From Eledone cirrhosa (lineage: Eukaryota): DNA of 64,000 nt. The notes below the pieces were generated by a model. That model was given only the letters and a program-made list of their open reading frames with translations. It made no database searches and was not told the origin of the DNA. Positions 24,163 through 38,550 of the stretch are shown here, in pieces; position 1 is the first letter of the stretch, and every line of letters starts with the position of its first letter. Position numbers and translations under genes: made by a program. The DNA is taken from assembly GCA_964016885.1 (NCBI GenBank), contig OZ024744.1:84134001-84198000 (forward strand), given 5' to 3'.

Positions 24163-24360
24163 AAGTTATTCCGGGTTCAATCGGGGGTAAACACAGTAAG
24201 TAAGGTACTCAATACATAGCAGAGCATAAATGTTTAATACAGAAAAGCTTCTACAGGACTAGAACTGTTTCATTCGTAAGAAATCATCAGTCAGCTTCCT
24301 TATGATTTCTCACGAATGAAACAGTTCTAGTCCTGTAGAAGCCTTTCTATATTAAACAAT
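24163..24360. mobile_element. Penelope-like 3' fragment with inverted duplication, two hammerhead cores back to back
   Basis: Minus strand: CTGATGA-TTTCTTACGAAT-GAAA-CAGTTCTAGTCCTG-TA-GAAGCT. Plus strand: AGCTTC-CTTATGA..GAAA-CAG..CTG-TA-GAAGC. Flanked by (TA)n. Confidence 0.65.
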
Positions 24361-24460
24361 GTATATATATATATATAACAAGGGTAATAAATTCAAAGAT
24401 CAAGATTGATAAAGATATACCAAGATTTCAATAATATATATATAGAGAGAGAGAGAGTGA

Positions 24461-24510
<50 letters not shown>

Positions 24511-24585
24511 GATAGATTGATAGATAGATAAATAGATAGATAGATACATAGATAGATAGATATACATATATATATATACATATAT

Positions 24586-24852
24586 CCAGGGAGTGTAACT
24601 TGGAGTTACTGTAGGTTCACCTGGGTGAGCACTCGATGTTTAGTTTCACTTCAGTGTGGAGGTGTAGAGCTAGACAGTCTGTATTATAGTAAAATAAAAC
24701 AAGGACGAGTGGTTACTCTTTCATTACGTTTCTTGGTTCATGACGCACGTTTCACCACTGATCAGCTTAAGTTTCGATCTGTATCGAAACGCGCGTCACC
24801 AACCAATAAATGTAATGAAGGAGTAACCACTCGTCCTTGTTTTATTTCACTA
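24586..24852 (-). mobile_element. Penelope-like 3' fragment with inverted arm
   Basis: Same family as 55030..55440, with an internal inverted repeat and (TA)n flanks. Confidence 0.55.
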
Positions 24853-25557
24853 TATATATATATATATATATATATTTTTAGCTTGATTTGCTTTTTGGCT
24901 TAGATGGTTGATGCTTTCTTGACCACTTTTTCAGTTTTGTATGGCTTCTTAACATATTGTTTAGCTCTGGTTTTTAACTATTGAGCACTTTGCCAGTGTC
25001 ATTTCTGATTTTTGCGTTTCGTTTCGCCTTTCCTACCCGCCGAAATGCGATTCTCGCTGAATCTATAGTTGTATTAATCTCATGTGTCTTACAATTAACT
25101 TGTTAATAATTTTTATTGACAGGTTAATTGTATAAGTTTATTTTTAAAACCACCCGGTTGAGAACTTATTCGATTTGTGGTATTTATGCTATTTTTCGCA
25201 TGATATACACTTACTGAATTCTTTTGCCAAAATCTGGGGTTATTTCCCCTTGTAATTTCCACACGTGGTTTAACTTGCCTCTGTGTCACTCACAAATTTG
25301 GTACGGAGCAAAATACCTGTTGATAACGTGATATTCCTTGTTCGATCATTATACCTAAAGCTTATATTTTTAAGCAGACAGTACTTTGATTTAGGAGTCA
25401 TAGAAACCCTGCATTGGATTTTAACAGCAATTCCAAGGGGTCCCGGTCTGGTTTTATCATTTATTTTTTATCATTTATTTTGTTTTGACCTGTTTAGCTT
25501 GATTTGCGTTTCGTTTCGCCTTTCCTACCCGCCGAAATGCGATTCTCGCTGAATCTA

Positions 25558-25601
<44 letters not shown>

Positions 25602-25894
25602 AAGATCGGAATTAAGAGTATTCCGCAGTTCACTGTAGTAATAATAATAATAGTATTAGCTCAATATAGGTGGTGAAACGAAGCGAGATTCGTATCAGCA
25701 AAATATAGTTATAAGGTTTGTGATTTAAAACTCTAATCCAGAAATTTGATCCTGAATTGTTTTTTTTCTATTTAATTGCTAACCTTTAGATATTGTTCTC
25801 TATACAGTAACGGTAAAAACACTCGTAATAATTCTTCACACACATCTCACTGTGTAACACACTTCGCTTTGTGTAATATATATATATATATATA

Positions 25895-26079
25895 GGAAAA
25901 AGTTTAACCCCGATGAAAGAGCTCAAGCCGTTTCGACGGCTATTTCTGGAAATAGCCTTCGAAACGGTTTGAGCTCTGCCCGTCGAGGTTAAACTTTTTC
26001 CTATTACCACTCTACTACCCTAAGTATTTAGTACTCTGGTGCGTTATGGTCCACCTGGTTCCTTACTGCACTTCCTTCG

Positions 26080-26080
<1 letters not shown>
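25895..26080 (+). mobile_element. Penelope-like 3' fragment with fold-back
   Basis: Homologous to the terminus of the GIY-YIG-bearing fragment at 40710..41985. Flanked by (TA)n. Confidence 0.6.
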
Positions 26081-26135
<55 letters not shown>

Positions 26136-26139
<4 letters not shown>

Positions 26140-27180
26140 AATTTGTGTTCCAATGTTACTAAGTAGTTGCATTGGATGGAGTCAACCGACGTCGGAGATT
26201 GCTCAACGTATAATAAAGTGTGTTTTAAAATCCGGAGAAAATATGGAGAAGAAGTTTATGAAATGGAAATGCGGGTATAAAGAATTTATTAGGTAACAAT
26301 TGTTTCTATAGTGTATGGGTTACCTATACCTCGCTATTTGAATAATATAAAAATATTATCATAAACCGCAGGTACACTGTAAGCAAACACACCATGTCGT
26401 CAGACCTTTGTATTGGAATGATATGAAAATATTTTATACACTAGATAAAAGAGAAAGAAGGGGGTTAGGAAGAGAAGGGGAAGAGGGAAGTGAGTAAGGG
26501 GGAGGGAGTCCTAGGATTTAAGACTGTCAGACTAGTAGAGATTGTAAGGAGAGAATGTTTTGGCAGTAGTTAGCTTAATGAGGCGTGTTAGGGTTGGCGG
26601 GGGAAGTAAATTCTTCTAGTGGTGTTGTTCGGACAAAATTTAGTTAAAGGGGTCAAAGTGGTACAGAGTTACAGACAAGTTATTGGGGCTATTATAGTAG
26701 CAGGTTATTTCTAAAGGGGTCAAGAAAACAGTGTTTAGTACTATTATTATAGAAAGCCATATCCTGTGTATAAACATATAAAACAGAAATTTGCAAATGG
26801 TGGTGTAAAAAGGTAACATTATATGCATTTAAAAAAAGAAAAAGTCGTTTTCAAACGATGGTTACAGTATAGTGAACGTTCATTTTTGCTGTTCAAAAGT
26901 TTGTTTACCGACGTTAAAATGCAGTATATCTCCAAATTGCATAATTTACAGAATCGATGATTTTGCTTATATGCAGGCGCAGCTGCAATAATTTGCCAAT
27001 CAAGGGAGAATGCTTGATTGCTCCTCCGGAGCTGCCAGGCTTTATCGGCGAGGGTTGTTACGGAGCGCATTTTCTCGTGCCTGATCGAAGATCGATGTTG
27101 GTATAGGCGAGCTTTGAAAGAAGTTGCGGTACATCCGACGTAATACCATTTGTTGGTTCCGGAATTGGTATTACAAATGT
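26136..27180 (-). mobile_element. 5'-truncated Penelope-like element (GIY-YIG C-terminal half + 3' UTR)
   Basis: Translates WYYVGCTATSFKARLYQHRSS..TTLADKAWQL..WQII..CKLCNLE..LLNSKNE..CNHR, homologous to the endonuclease at 54100..54478. Ends at (TA)n. Confidence 0.85.
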
Positions 27181-27335
27181 GTTTGTGCGTGCTTCAAAAA
27201 TATCTATTTCTCTAACAGAACCGAATATAAAGATTAATTTGTTTTCTATGTAGAAGAAATCTGTACGAAAACAATCGTTATTCATTTTGTATTATATAGC
27301 ATTGAATCACTCGTCAACATTTCTAAAGACGTCAA

Positions 27336-27600
27336 TCTATATATCTAAAACAGAGAATGTCTGTCTGTCTGCTGTCTGTCTGACTCCCTAAAACTCGAGA
27401 ACCCACCAACCGATTGTTTTCAAACTTTACACATGTAATACTCATGGTGCTGTGAGTGTGTGTGTATATATATAGACATATACATATATATAATTATATA
27501 TTCGTGTACAGATATTTTTGTATACACAATAACAAAATATAAACAAACGTATTTATTTCACATGTTTAGAATCCCGAGCAACGCCGGGCCATTCTGCTAG
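27336..27600 (+). mobile_element. Short non-autonomous Helitron (265 bp)
   Basis: A|TC start, (CTGT)n, 3' hairpin CCCGAGCAACGCCGGG and CTAG|T end. A longer relative starts at 55899. Confidence 0.8.
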
Positions 27601-27865
27601 TATTAACTAAGAACGTTTCAAATCTTTTCCTACGGGGGCTAGTTTATATGCATTTAACATTACCTGTGGAATGTTTAGATATATGTCAGCGTACGCAATA
27701 AAATATCTAGGCCCTCTAACATATAGACACATAAAGAGAAAGAATTCTCACAACACTACTCACTGAATTTAGTGTAAGATATAATAAATCCCTGTGTCTG
27801 AAGTAATTTTTATTTACTACAGTTATTCCTTGAAATATTGTATATATAATATATATACATGTATA

Positions 27866-27934
<69 letters not shown>

Positions 27935-28166
27935 AGCAAGAAAGTAAGTGTTGGTAAAATCCTGTACTTCAGTATGCGGATAGGGAGCACTCAACGAAGA
28001 TATAAGTTCCGGAGTTATAATAGTGCCGAAACAAGTCAATTGCATGAACTCATAATCCTTTATTTACTGCTATATATATTTGGATGACAGTTAGTCAGTT
28101 CTTAGATATGCCAGCTCTGTGTTTATAGTGTTGATGGTATCAGAGCCTTGGGACATATCATATATC

Positions 28167-28238
<72 letters not shown>

Positions 28239-28431
28239 AAAGAATAGAGGTGTAACACACAAGTTATTATATATTGGTAAACGGAATAGAAAATGGTGAC
28301 AAATTGTTCACAGTGAAAAATAGTTTAATTAGGAATAAGTGAGAATTAATAATTGTATTGGTTAGTATTCAGTTTTGGTTTTAAGTTTTACCGGTTGCGC
28401 ATTTCTAATGTTTTTCAAAAATAATTTTGAG

Positions 28432-28485
28432 ATAGAGCGTCCGTGATGTTTGCTCTGATCAGAGCAAACATCACGGACGCTCTAT
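28432..28485. repeat. Perfect 54-bp palindrome
   Basis: ATAGAGCGTCCGTGATGTTTGCTCTGA is followed directly by its reverse complement. The flanking ~115 bp (28270..28387) is duplicated at 28530..28647. Confidence 0.9.
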
Positions 28486-28486
28486 G

Positions 28487-28537
<51 letters not shown>

Positions 28538-28646
28538 TAAACGGAATAGAAAATGCTGACAAATTGTTCACAGTGAAAAATAGTTTAATTAGGAATAAGT
28601 GAGAATTAGTAATTGTATTGGTTAGTATTCAGTTTTGGTTTTAAGT

Positions 28647-28683
<37 letters not shown>

Positions 28684-28891
28684 CAAAGACGTGGGTTCGA
28701 CTCCCATGTACGTCAATACTCATCTTTCTCCATTTATCTGAGGGTTCTAAACCCCATTATCAGGCTAAAATTTCTTTAATCAAAAATACGGTGAAAGCTA
28801 TTCTATTTTCTAATTTCAAACCTGCTCACTGTTTCAAAACATACTTACTTGTCATATATATATATATATATATAATATGCTTAATACTCAG

Positions 28892-28991
<100 letters not shown>

Positions 28992-29022
28992 ATTAAGCAT
29001 ATATATATATATATATTATATA

Positions 29023-29062
<40 letters not shown>

Positions 29063-29479
29063 CAGTGGTAACCTACTTTAAACTACATTAACCTACCTCC
29101 TTTTCACCACCACCACCATCACCAGCCCAGCCCTACTACAACCAGATTGTATACAATAACCACAATAACCATCATCACCACCACCAACAATAGAACAGCA
29201 CCGAACATCAGTAACATCACAAGCACCATCGACACCAAGCATCACCAATATTATTGCCACCATATCCCTACCAAAATTATGAACACCTTGTCTATATTCG
29301 ACGTTGTTGTCAATGAAATCTTTATCTAAACCAGTAAAAATCATGATTATAATAACTATAATGAGCAATATGATTATGATCATAGTGATGGTCAACATCA
29401 TCATAACTATCATTATGATCATAGTAATGAATGGCAGATCATCATATTTCCCTTTTTTCATCACCCTTTTCATTGAACA

Positions 29480-29803
29480 TTGGCAGTATCGGTAGAGGGT
29501 CGGACGCCATGCTTTGCAGCATAATTACGTCCCTTTACGATCTGAGTTCAAATCCCGCCGAGGTTGACTTTGCCTTTCATCCTTACGGGGTCGATAAAAT
29601 AAAGTACCAGTAATGCACTGGGATAATTGCTGGCCTTGTGCCTAAAGTAGAAACAATTATCAAAAGGTTACGTTCCTTTACGGTCTGAGTTCAAATCCCA
29701 CCGAGGTTAACTTTGCCTCTCATCCTTACGGGGTTGATAAAATAAAGTACCAGTAATGCACTGGGATAAGTGCTGGCCTTGTGCCGAAAGTGGAAACAAC
29801 TAT
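29480..29803 (+). mobile_element. Tandem SINE S1 pair (second copy 5'-truncated)
   Basis: Copies at 29480..29660 and 29667..29803. Confidence 0.9.
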
Positions 29804-29804
29804 T

Positions 29805-29914
29805 GACAACCAAGACAACAATAACAAACATACAAAACAAAACAAAATAACTCAAACAATAATAACAACAACAATAACCACAACAGCAACCACAGTCACA
29901 ACAACAATAATGAT

Positions 29915-29973
<59 letters not shown>

Positions 29974-30173
29974 AAACGACAACAACAACCACAATAATAG
30001 CAACAACAACCACTACAACAACAAAAGCAATAACAGTAACACAAACCACAATAACACCAACAACAACCACAATAACAGCCAGAATAACAACAAAAACGAC
30101 AACAACAACAATCACAATAACAACAACAACAACAAAAGTCACCACAATAATAACAACAACAACAACCACATTG

Positions 30174-30224
<51 letters not shown>

Positions 30225-30297
30225 TTGACGACAACAACAACCACAATAACACCTGCAATAACAACCACAACAACAATCACAATAATAATAACAACGA
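29805..30297. repeat. Imperfect (ACA)n microsatellite
   Basis: Direct reading. Confidence 0.95.
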
Positions 30298-30696
30298 AAT
30301 ATAAGCATATCACTATTTATCTGTGATCTTTTATATCCCTTTCTAAGAAACAGATATTCTACTGTTTGCGTGATAAATTAATTTCTATCCTCTCGCCCAT
30401 TCCTTTTATTCTCATCCGCACGTAAACGTTTTTTTGTTTTTCTTCTCTCTAATTTGTTACACTTGTCTCTATTATCTATTATTTTCCCTTTTATTTCACC
30501 TTACATTCTTTTCTTTTCTTTTCCTCATACACACACACACACACACTGACTCCCCCCTCTCCCTCACCCGTCACACCTTATTTAACTCCTTGTCAAAACT
30601 CACGCGCCCGCACTAAAATCTCCCATTAATAATATAATTAATAATTTTCAAAAAAAATTCAACTTACAGTAATAATAATAATGATAATAATAATAA

Positions 30697-30732
30697 CAAT
30701 TGTTTCTACTTTAGGCACAAGGCCAGAAATTA
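30697..30732 (-). mobile_element. SINE S1 3' tail fragment between (ATT)n tracts
   Basis: Reverse complement of CTGGCCTTGTGCCTAAAGTAGAAACAATT. Confidence 0.8.
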
Positions 30733-30733
30733 C

Positions 30734-30768
<35 letters not shown>

Positions 30769-30770
<2 letters not shown>

Positions 30771-33700
30771 TTTCTTTATTAACCACAAGGGTTTACATAA
30801 AGTAGACATTAAGGACAGTGCAGGACAATGCAGGACGGTACAAATGGGCATTTCTGCGTGTAAAAAACAAAAACAGAGGATGTAACAAAAATAGCAATGA
30901 AAATAACAATGAAAAATTCCCCAATAGGGGGGGAGACTTCGGAGGGACATTTGTGGAGAAAGCCCAGTAAAAAGCCACAATGACCCTGAACACCAAGGCA
31001 AGTGCCCTCTCCCAGTTTTCCACCTTTAATTTACAGATATATACTCAGAGTAGGCCCATTCACTCGGGCCATTCTTGCTTCTCTCACCCATCTTTCAACA
31101 AAATGCTGGGAAGAGAGCACTACCCTCTCTACCCTGATTTTCCTTTTCAAAGGAAATTTGAAAAAGTTAATCAGGGCATCACCGAAGAGGTAAGTGCTCG
31201 TCTTCAGCCCTTTCAAACGTGTCCACCATACTATCTCTTTCGCCATGGCCACCAGACAGATAAAAACTGCCTGCCCTTCGCGGCTAAAGGAAGAGGGCGG
31301 GGCAATCCTCACGATGGACTCAGATGATAGCCGGATCCGTCCTACACGCGACAGCAGGTTTTCGACATAAACCCACAAGTCAAAAATGTTCGGTCACTGG
31401 ACGAGTGCGTGCAGGACGGTTTCGTCGCCCTGCGCGCATCTTGGACATGCCCGGCTGACGGCACCTCCATGCCTGTAGAGTTTATCCCGAACTGGCAAGG
31501 CTCCTCGGTAGCACTGCCAGGCCAGAGATTTCTGGAAGTTGTCCATAGGCCCTGGCCCGAAAGTTCTTCCGAAGAGATTGGCTAGTTGATTTTCGTCGAC
31601 GCCTAGAGTTTCCCCAAGTACGTCGTCGCTCTTCCCCTCCACTAATCCTATATAGAAAGCCGAGGTGGAGTTTCCACCGATCACATTGCCCGATTGGTCG
31701 AGGGCTGTGAGCGCCTGAAGACATTCCAGTCTCCAGGCGCTCCCTCTCGGTTTTCGCTTGACCCAGGACTGCAGCTCCGTCAAGGAAACGAGCTAGGGAA
31801 ATAGGTGTCTAGCAAACGGCGACCACACCTGATCACCGTCGAGGAAGAGGTGGAGATGTCGTAGACTGAGCGTGTGTCTGCGCATCATCAGCCACGGCAT
31901 GCCCAGCCGTCCATGTAGCGGGTGTTGATAGCAGATGGACCGCCTGACCATCGGAACGCGTCCCTTCCACAAAAAGCGAAAGAGCAAACGCTCCAGCGCA
32001 GTCAGGCGGGGCTTAGGACAAGGTACGACGGTCAGGCGGTAGCAGATGACAGACGCGATGTACGAGTTAGCCACTTCCGCTCGACCTTTCAGGGATAGCT
32101 TCCTCTCGGCCAATTTCTGGGTGAGAGAAGCCACCCTGCTCTTCACCTCGTCCCAGTTTTTGTCCGTCTGGAGGTCCGGACCGAACCAGACCCCTAGCAA
32201 TTTAACCGGTCCGTCCGTCCAGCTTCCGACGACGTTGTTGGACGGCATGGACCTGCCTCTCCAGGTGCCGAGCTGCAGGCCCACTGACGTTTCCTGGTTG
32301 ATCATTGCTCCTGTCACCGCTTCGTATTCTCTTAGTGGAGTGCCGATCGCCTCGAAGTGTTTGGCGTTCGACACCACTACGGTGACATCGTCCGCATATG
32401 CTGACACGGATCTTCCGCATCCTAGTTTGCGCGGGACGCCCCTCAACTTCTCCAGTTTGTGCAGCAATGGCTCGTGAGTCAATACGTACAAGAGGGACGA
32501 GAGGGGACATCCTTGGCGAACCGAGCACATGATGTTGAACGGTTCCGAAAGGTGACCGTTCACTCTCACCACAGAGCAGATGTCGCTGTGCATGGCAGCG
32601 ATCCAGCCTCTGAAGACGGGCCCAAAGCCAGCCGCCCTCAGGACTGCCGCTAGGTCGACCCTATCGAAAGCTTTCGACTGATCTAAATTGATCAAGGACC
32701 CACCCGTGCCAGGTTCCTTAGCTACCCTCTTTACGATGTATCGCATGAGGTGGAGGTTGTCGTGGGTGGATCTGTCGGGAATGGCGCATGGCTGCGCCTC
32801 TCCCATCAGACCACCAACGACAAGCGCCAACCTCTTTGCTAGCACCTTGGTCAAAATCTTGAACTCTGTGTTTAGCAGAGTTATGGGCCTAAAATTATCT
32901 ATGTTATCCCCCTTGTTCGGATCCTTTCTCAGCAGCGCCAGAGCTCCTCGGCTCACAGAGCTGGGAATTCTCCCGTTATGTTGCCAGTTGCAGTAAACGT
33001 CCGCCAAGAGGCCTCCGAACAAGTCTGACATCGGTACGTAAAGTTCATAAGGCAGACCATTCAAACCAGACGATTTACCCCTCGTGCAGACAGTCATTGC
33101 CTCCCATACTTCAGCGGCTGTTATCGGCTTTTCGCAACACTCCGCCTCAGTGGCCGAGAGCCGCGGCAGTCCGTCGAGGTAGACACTAAAGTCCATCCCT
33201 CGACCCGGCCCACCACTGCTCCCGAACAGCTGAGCGAAGTGTCGCTGAAAAGCTTCACACATTTGTCCGGGATCGAGTAGCATGCGCCCATCGTGGTCCA
33301 CCAAAGACCGGATCGTGGCTTTGTTGCCACGACGCGCCTCCGCCACTCGGGCCCATTGAACGGCTTTCGTCCCCTCGTGTCTGAGAGCACGCACCCTAGC
33401 TCTGACAACGCAGCCTTCGTGCTTTGCATTGAAGAATTGGTCAAGGGCCAATTTCGCCGCAAGCACGTCGGTCGCGATGCCTTTGCTAAGCACCTCGTCT
33501 AATTTTCTAACTAGTTCTCCCTCTGCTCTATTTTTCTCTATTGCTAAAGCCTTACTAAACCTAACGGATTCTATTCTAATCGCTCGTTTCAGAACAAACC
33601 ACCACTTGTTGTTGACGATGGCCCTCGTCAACGCCCGCTTAACTAGTTCGCTAATCCGGTCTCTGTAGGCTTTGCGCGCTGGTAAGGACGCGTTTAGCTT

Positions 33701-35814
33701 CCAGTAGCCGGGTCCTCGTCTATGAAGCCTATCTAAGTCAAGCACACAGATCACGAATTTGTGGTCCGTGCAGCTGACTATCTTGAATTGTGGACAGCCT
33801 ATGCTAGACCTATCTATTTCCCTACAAAATACTCTATCTAGATATGATCTGGATGACCCAATGCGATTTGTCCAAGTCCACATTGGCACATTCGGGAAAT
33901 CCAATCGGTACCTGTCAGACAGTTCAAAACGCTGAGCAGGTTGGTGAGACTCTTGCACCCTCCACCCCTATCCGCTAATCCCACACAGTCCCAGCGTGCA
34001 TCTAAGATCCCGTTCCAGTCGCCCACTAACACTAAAGAGCGGGACGTTCCAAGAAAGGTCTCCAGACGCCGGATAAAATCAGGCCGCCCTGCTCCTGTCG
34101 GGGCATAGACAACCACTAGCCTGAAAACTTGCCCGTCTCTGCTGGTCACGTCCAGCACCATCAACTTACCCTCTGCGTCCAGGAAGATGGCCCGTATGGC
34201 GAGATCCAAACCTCTCCGAAAAAGCACAGCAACTCCTGCCCCCGATCCAGGACGGCTGGGAGATACGTACACATCGTAACCGCCGAAGATCGGTGCGAAG
34301 GCCCGTGCTTCGGAGATTCTGGTCCCGCTGATGGCCACTACATCTATGTTTAGTGACCTGAGGTCGTTGAGCAGGTGACCCTGCTTCCATGACGACCCCA
34401 AGCCACGCGCATTTATGCTGCCTATTCTGAGTGAGGTCATGTTTAAAATGGAGTGGAAAAGATGGGAAAGACCACTTACCGTACTTTTCGTAGAGGAACG
34501 ATGGTTTATCCATCCCTTTTCACTTGATCGTCTGGTGAAGGGACCGTTGAATCGTCCCTTCGGCTGGTCGTCGGCTCTTCTATGAGCATGTCCGAATATA
34601 CTCTCCGGTTGGGAGTCCCTCCTAGGTCTCTGAAATCACCAACTGCGTTGGGGAATTTCGTTTTAATGTTTGTGTATTGTTTCTGTGCTATTTTTACCAG
34701 TCTTATGTTCGTTGGCGTTTTGATTGGTGCTGGTATTATGTGGTCGTGCTGTGAAATGTCTGTGTGTTCAATCATGTAAGTCATTAGTTTCTTGTTGTGT
34801 GTATTTATTGCCGTGCATTTGTTTTTCTGGGGGTGGGGTGTGGTTCTGCTATTTTCTTGTCATTGTTGCTGGGTGTGTGTATTTTGTTGTTGTGTTTGAG
34901 ATGTTGGTGCTTGTGGTGCTGGTGTTGAAGGTGTTGTTGTTGTTGGCGGTGGGGTTGTCGCCGGTGGTGATGGTGGTGCTTGTGTGGGTGGTGATGGTGT
35001 TGGTGGTGTTGCTGCTGTGAGTCTCTTTGCAGTAGCTTTTACCCTTTTTTCATTTCTTTCCTCCCTTTTCGAAGGCGACGATGCGCTCCTTCTGCGTTTG
35101 TGTCTTCTTACGACCTTTTGCCATCCCTCTCCCACCTCACACTCCATGTCTGATTCTGTGAGGTCGGGGAGGGATACCAGCTCCACTCTTTCACTTGTTG
35201 TTGGTGGTGATGTTTGCAGTGGAGTCTCGGTTGCAGCTGCATTTGGTATTACTGTTGTTGTTGTTAATACTTCCACTGCTGCTGCTGTTCTTGATTTCCG
35301 TGGCGTGGGTATGGGTGTCACGGACCTATCGTTCCTGATTGCCGCTTGTCCTGTTGCTGGTAGCCGTGGAGCCGGTTTCGGAAGGAGGGGAGTTTTCTCC
35401 TTTCTCAGGAGTGTGGCAAAAAGCACGTCCACGGTGGCATATTTCTTGCCTCAGGTGATATGCGTTTACGCTGCCACACAGACCCTAAGGCTTTTTGTAT
35501 TTGAGCCTCTGTGGCTCTTTCAACCCTACGGGATTTTGTGCTTACTGTACGGTACGTGACCGTACAGTGCTGTTGTATTTCGAAAAATGTTTCGGCTGCC
35601 TTGCAGATTGCTCGGTGTCCGGTTTTCGTCACCATCTTCTTTGCTTCCTGTAATTCCTCATTTGTTATAAGGATGGTTTCCAGGTTCTTTACGATACCTG
35701 CAAACGAGATTGGTTTTTCTTTTTTGTTGTTGTTGTTTTCGTCAGAGCTGCTGTTACTTTTGTTGTTGCTGCAGGTACTACGACTACTGCCGCCGCCTCT
35801 GTTGCTGTGGTTGT

Positions 35815-35849
<35 letters not shown>

Positions 35850-36463
35850 CTGCTGCTGTTGTTGTTTATGCTGCTGATGATGCTGTTGCGGCTGCTACTG
35901 TTGTTTTCCTTGTCACTGTTGCTGCTGCTGCTGTTATTACGGTTGCTACTGCTATTATTCATGACGTCAGACGAATGAAATGGCTTTCCGTATTTACCGC
36001 ACATATTTTTCGTCGTTGTCGTCGTCGTGGAGAAATGTTCCACGGTTTGCACGTGCTCTTGGAAACTATCAGAAACTATATTTTTCTTTTTCTTTACTGG
36101 CGTCGCTTGCGAAAGAGAAGGGAGGAAGATAGACACATTTAGAGAAGGGAGGGAGAGAGGCAATCTTCTCTCTGATGTAGTGACGATTGAGGAAGAAGAA
36201 GACGGAATGAGGGGGAGTGACTTGTGAAAATTATTTTTTGTAGCCATGTTTTTGGGGGGGGTTTAAAATGAATATTGGGCACAAAACCCCAATAAGCGGT
36301 TATTTAACCCCGAAGAGCCAAATAACGGGCAGAAAGACCCCTCTCACGAGGAGGAGGGTGTTTTATCTACAATTTGGTTCAAGTTTTAAACAATTTACAA
36401 TTGTTATAGCGGTTAAAAATTACTATACCTTACAGAGCCGAGCCTCCGTCAACCATGGCATTC
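30769..36463 (-). mobile_element. Tx1-like retrotransposon, family B copy 2 (most complete ORF2)
   Basis: (ATT)n at both ends, with the same 5' and 3' termini as 8263..13663. Confidence 0.92.
31031..34440 (-). pseudogene. Tx1-B ORF2 (APE-RT-Zn finger), frameshifted
   Basis: ORFs 33838..34440 (GSINARG, VYAP, GDWNG), 31793..33958 (TDHK, FRPITLLN, DQSKAFD, VRQGCPLS, AYADD), 31394..31783 and 31031..31378. Confidence 0.92.
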
Positions 36464-36564
<101 letters not shown>

Positions 36565-36825
36565 TCATCTAGACTCGAGTCTTTAGTGTTTCTGCTTCAT
36601 TAGGAAGAAATGTAATTAAATTTTATTTATATCTCACGTTTTATCAAACACCTTTCTAAATTAAAAGAACTTCTAGTCAGTATTTTGCTGTTTGTTATGG
36701 TGGGGTGATTTTAAAAAAAAAAAAAAACTTTAATGAACTCATATTTAATTTTTTTTTTTACAACATTACAATAAATTTATATACATACATATCATACATT
36801 TACATATATATTTGTATGTGTATAA

Positions 36826-36912
<87 letters not shown>

Positions 36913-37289
36913 TAAATATATCAATATAGCCGACACATACATATATAAATATATATGTATACAAAGATGTGTATAGGTGTGTGGGGGGGGGGGGGGGTGT
37001 ACGTTATATACATTTTATACATATGACACCCAATGTCAGTTTTTCTTTTTTCCCAGAATAATTAAATAATTTCTCGGTATACACACATACACAAGCATGC
37101 ACATTATTCAGATGCTGCTTTCATATATCCATTGAAGAAAAAGATCTAGGTAGGTTTAGAATGCTCTCTCTTTCTCTTATATATATTTACATTTGTGCAT
37201 GTGTAGGTGTGTATTATATGTGTGTATGCGTGTGCGGTGCGTATGTATATGTTATCTCTTTCTCTTAATTTCGAGTATATTTTTTTGAC

Positions 37290-37775
37290 CGGCCACCTTC
37301 CTGGTGGCAAGGTTGTAAAAGAAAAGAAATTGTCATCCCTTGAATCGCAAGAATATTTTGCAAATTTTGAAGGTGCCAGCTATCGCAGCCATTTGTAGAC
37401 TATGAATTAGGGAGCTACGCTCTTTGTCCGCAAATCCAAGTTCAGCCATACTTTGGTCCAAGCGGGTTGGTATATAACCCGTAGCTCCAATAATGATGGG
37501 TATGAAGCTAAAGGTGTATCTTGGATACGGGATTTGTAAACTCCTCATCAATGGTCCGTAGATGTCCTCCTTCTCCTGTATTTTTCTGACAACGTTTACA
37601 TCAAGTGGGCAGCTGATCTCCACAACAGAACACGTTTTCAATGTGTGGTCCCAAACAACAATATCAGGCCGGTTGAGCTTTAATTTGGTGGCAGTTTTTA
37701 TTTTCAGGTTCCACCAGTATTCCTTAGTGCCATCTGTCTCAATATATTCTTCCTCGTTTGTTGTTAATTTTGTTA
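37290..37775 (-). mobile_element. RLE-type non-LTR retrotransposon 3' fragment (R4-like)
   Basis: Restriction-like endonuclease motif NRPDIVVWD..VVEISCP..EKEDIY..PIIIGATG. Confidence 0.8.
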
Positions 37776-37819
37776 TATATGTATGTATTTTGTTATATAT
37801 GTATGTTTGTATGTATGTA

Positions 37820-38370
37820 TGTCGGATCACTCTTGGGTGCTTTTGGTAACATGTAACCCAGTACAACCTGTCGCATGGTCGGGTCGTCGTCGACTAAACC
37901 GGCAACCCCTCCAAGTTTACTTGGTGAGGAGGAGGATTTTGGACACCCTGAGGACAAAAGCCAAAAACCTGACAAAGTGCAGAAGAACTCATAAGTGTCA
38001 ACAGCCATCCGAAAGTGTGTTAATATGTATATACACATGTACATATGTATGTATATGTATATGTGTATATACATGGGTGCATGTGTATGTATATACGCGG
38101 GGACATAGAAATAGTCGGGCTGGACACCCAATCGCGCGGTTAAACCACTGGGAGTGAAGGACCCCTAGCCCTTGTCAGGGCATTCTTCTAGGAGAAGGCA
38201 ACTCAGGAAACCGGGATAACTCCGATATAAAACCTGCGGCTCAGTAGTTACCGATGATGTTGATCTTTTCTTCTTTACGGGTCATAGTTACTGTCACGCT
38301 CAGAGAGTGGGATTGGCTCAGTGTACAGTCTTTCCTCACTTTAAACAAATATCTTCACGCACAGGTATTG
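37820..38370 (+). mobile_element. Possible RTE-derived non-autonomous element or 5' UTR, split by a microsatellite
   Basis: GC-richer non-coding block with CTAGGAGAAGGCAACT, reminiscent of RTE 5' UTRs. No ORF is present. Confidence 0.35.
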
Positions 38371-38455
38371 CACGATATAATTAATTAATAATTATTAATA
38401 ATCGTATATCGTGCAATTGCCATACTCGATAACGAGGGGGCAAACATCATCATGT

Positions 38456-38550
<95 letters not shown>

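Noticed and set aside
29691-30326. Cys-rich, Thr-rich (mucin-like) and Val-rich ORFs
   Set aside because: These are translations of an (ACA)n tract grown from a SINE tail, with no signal of a real gene.
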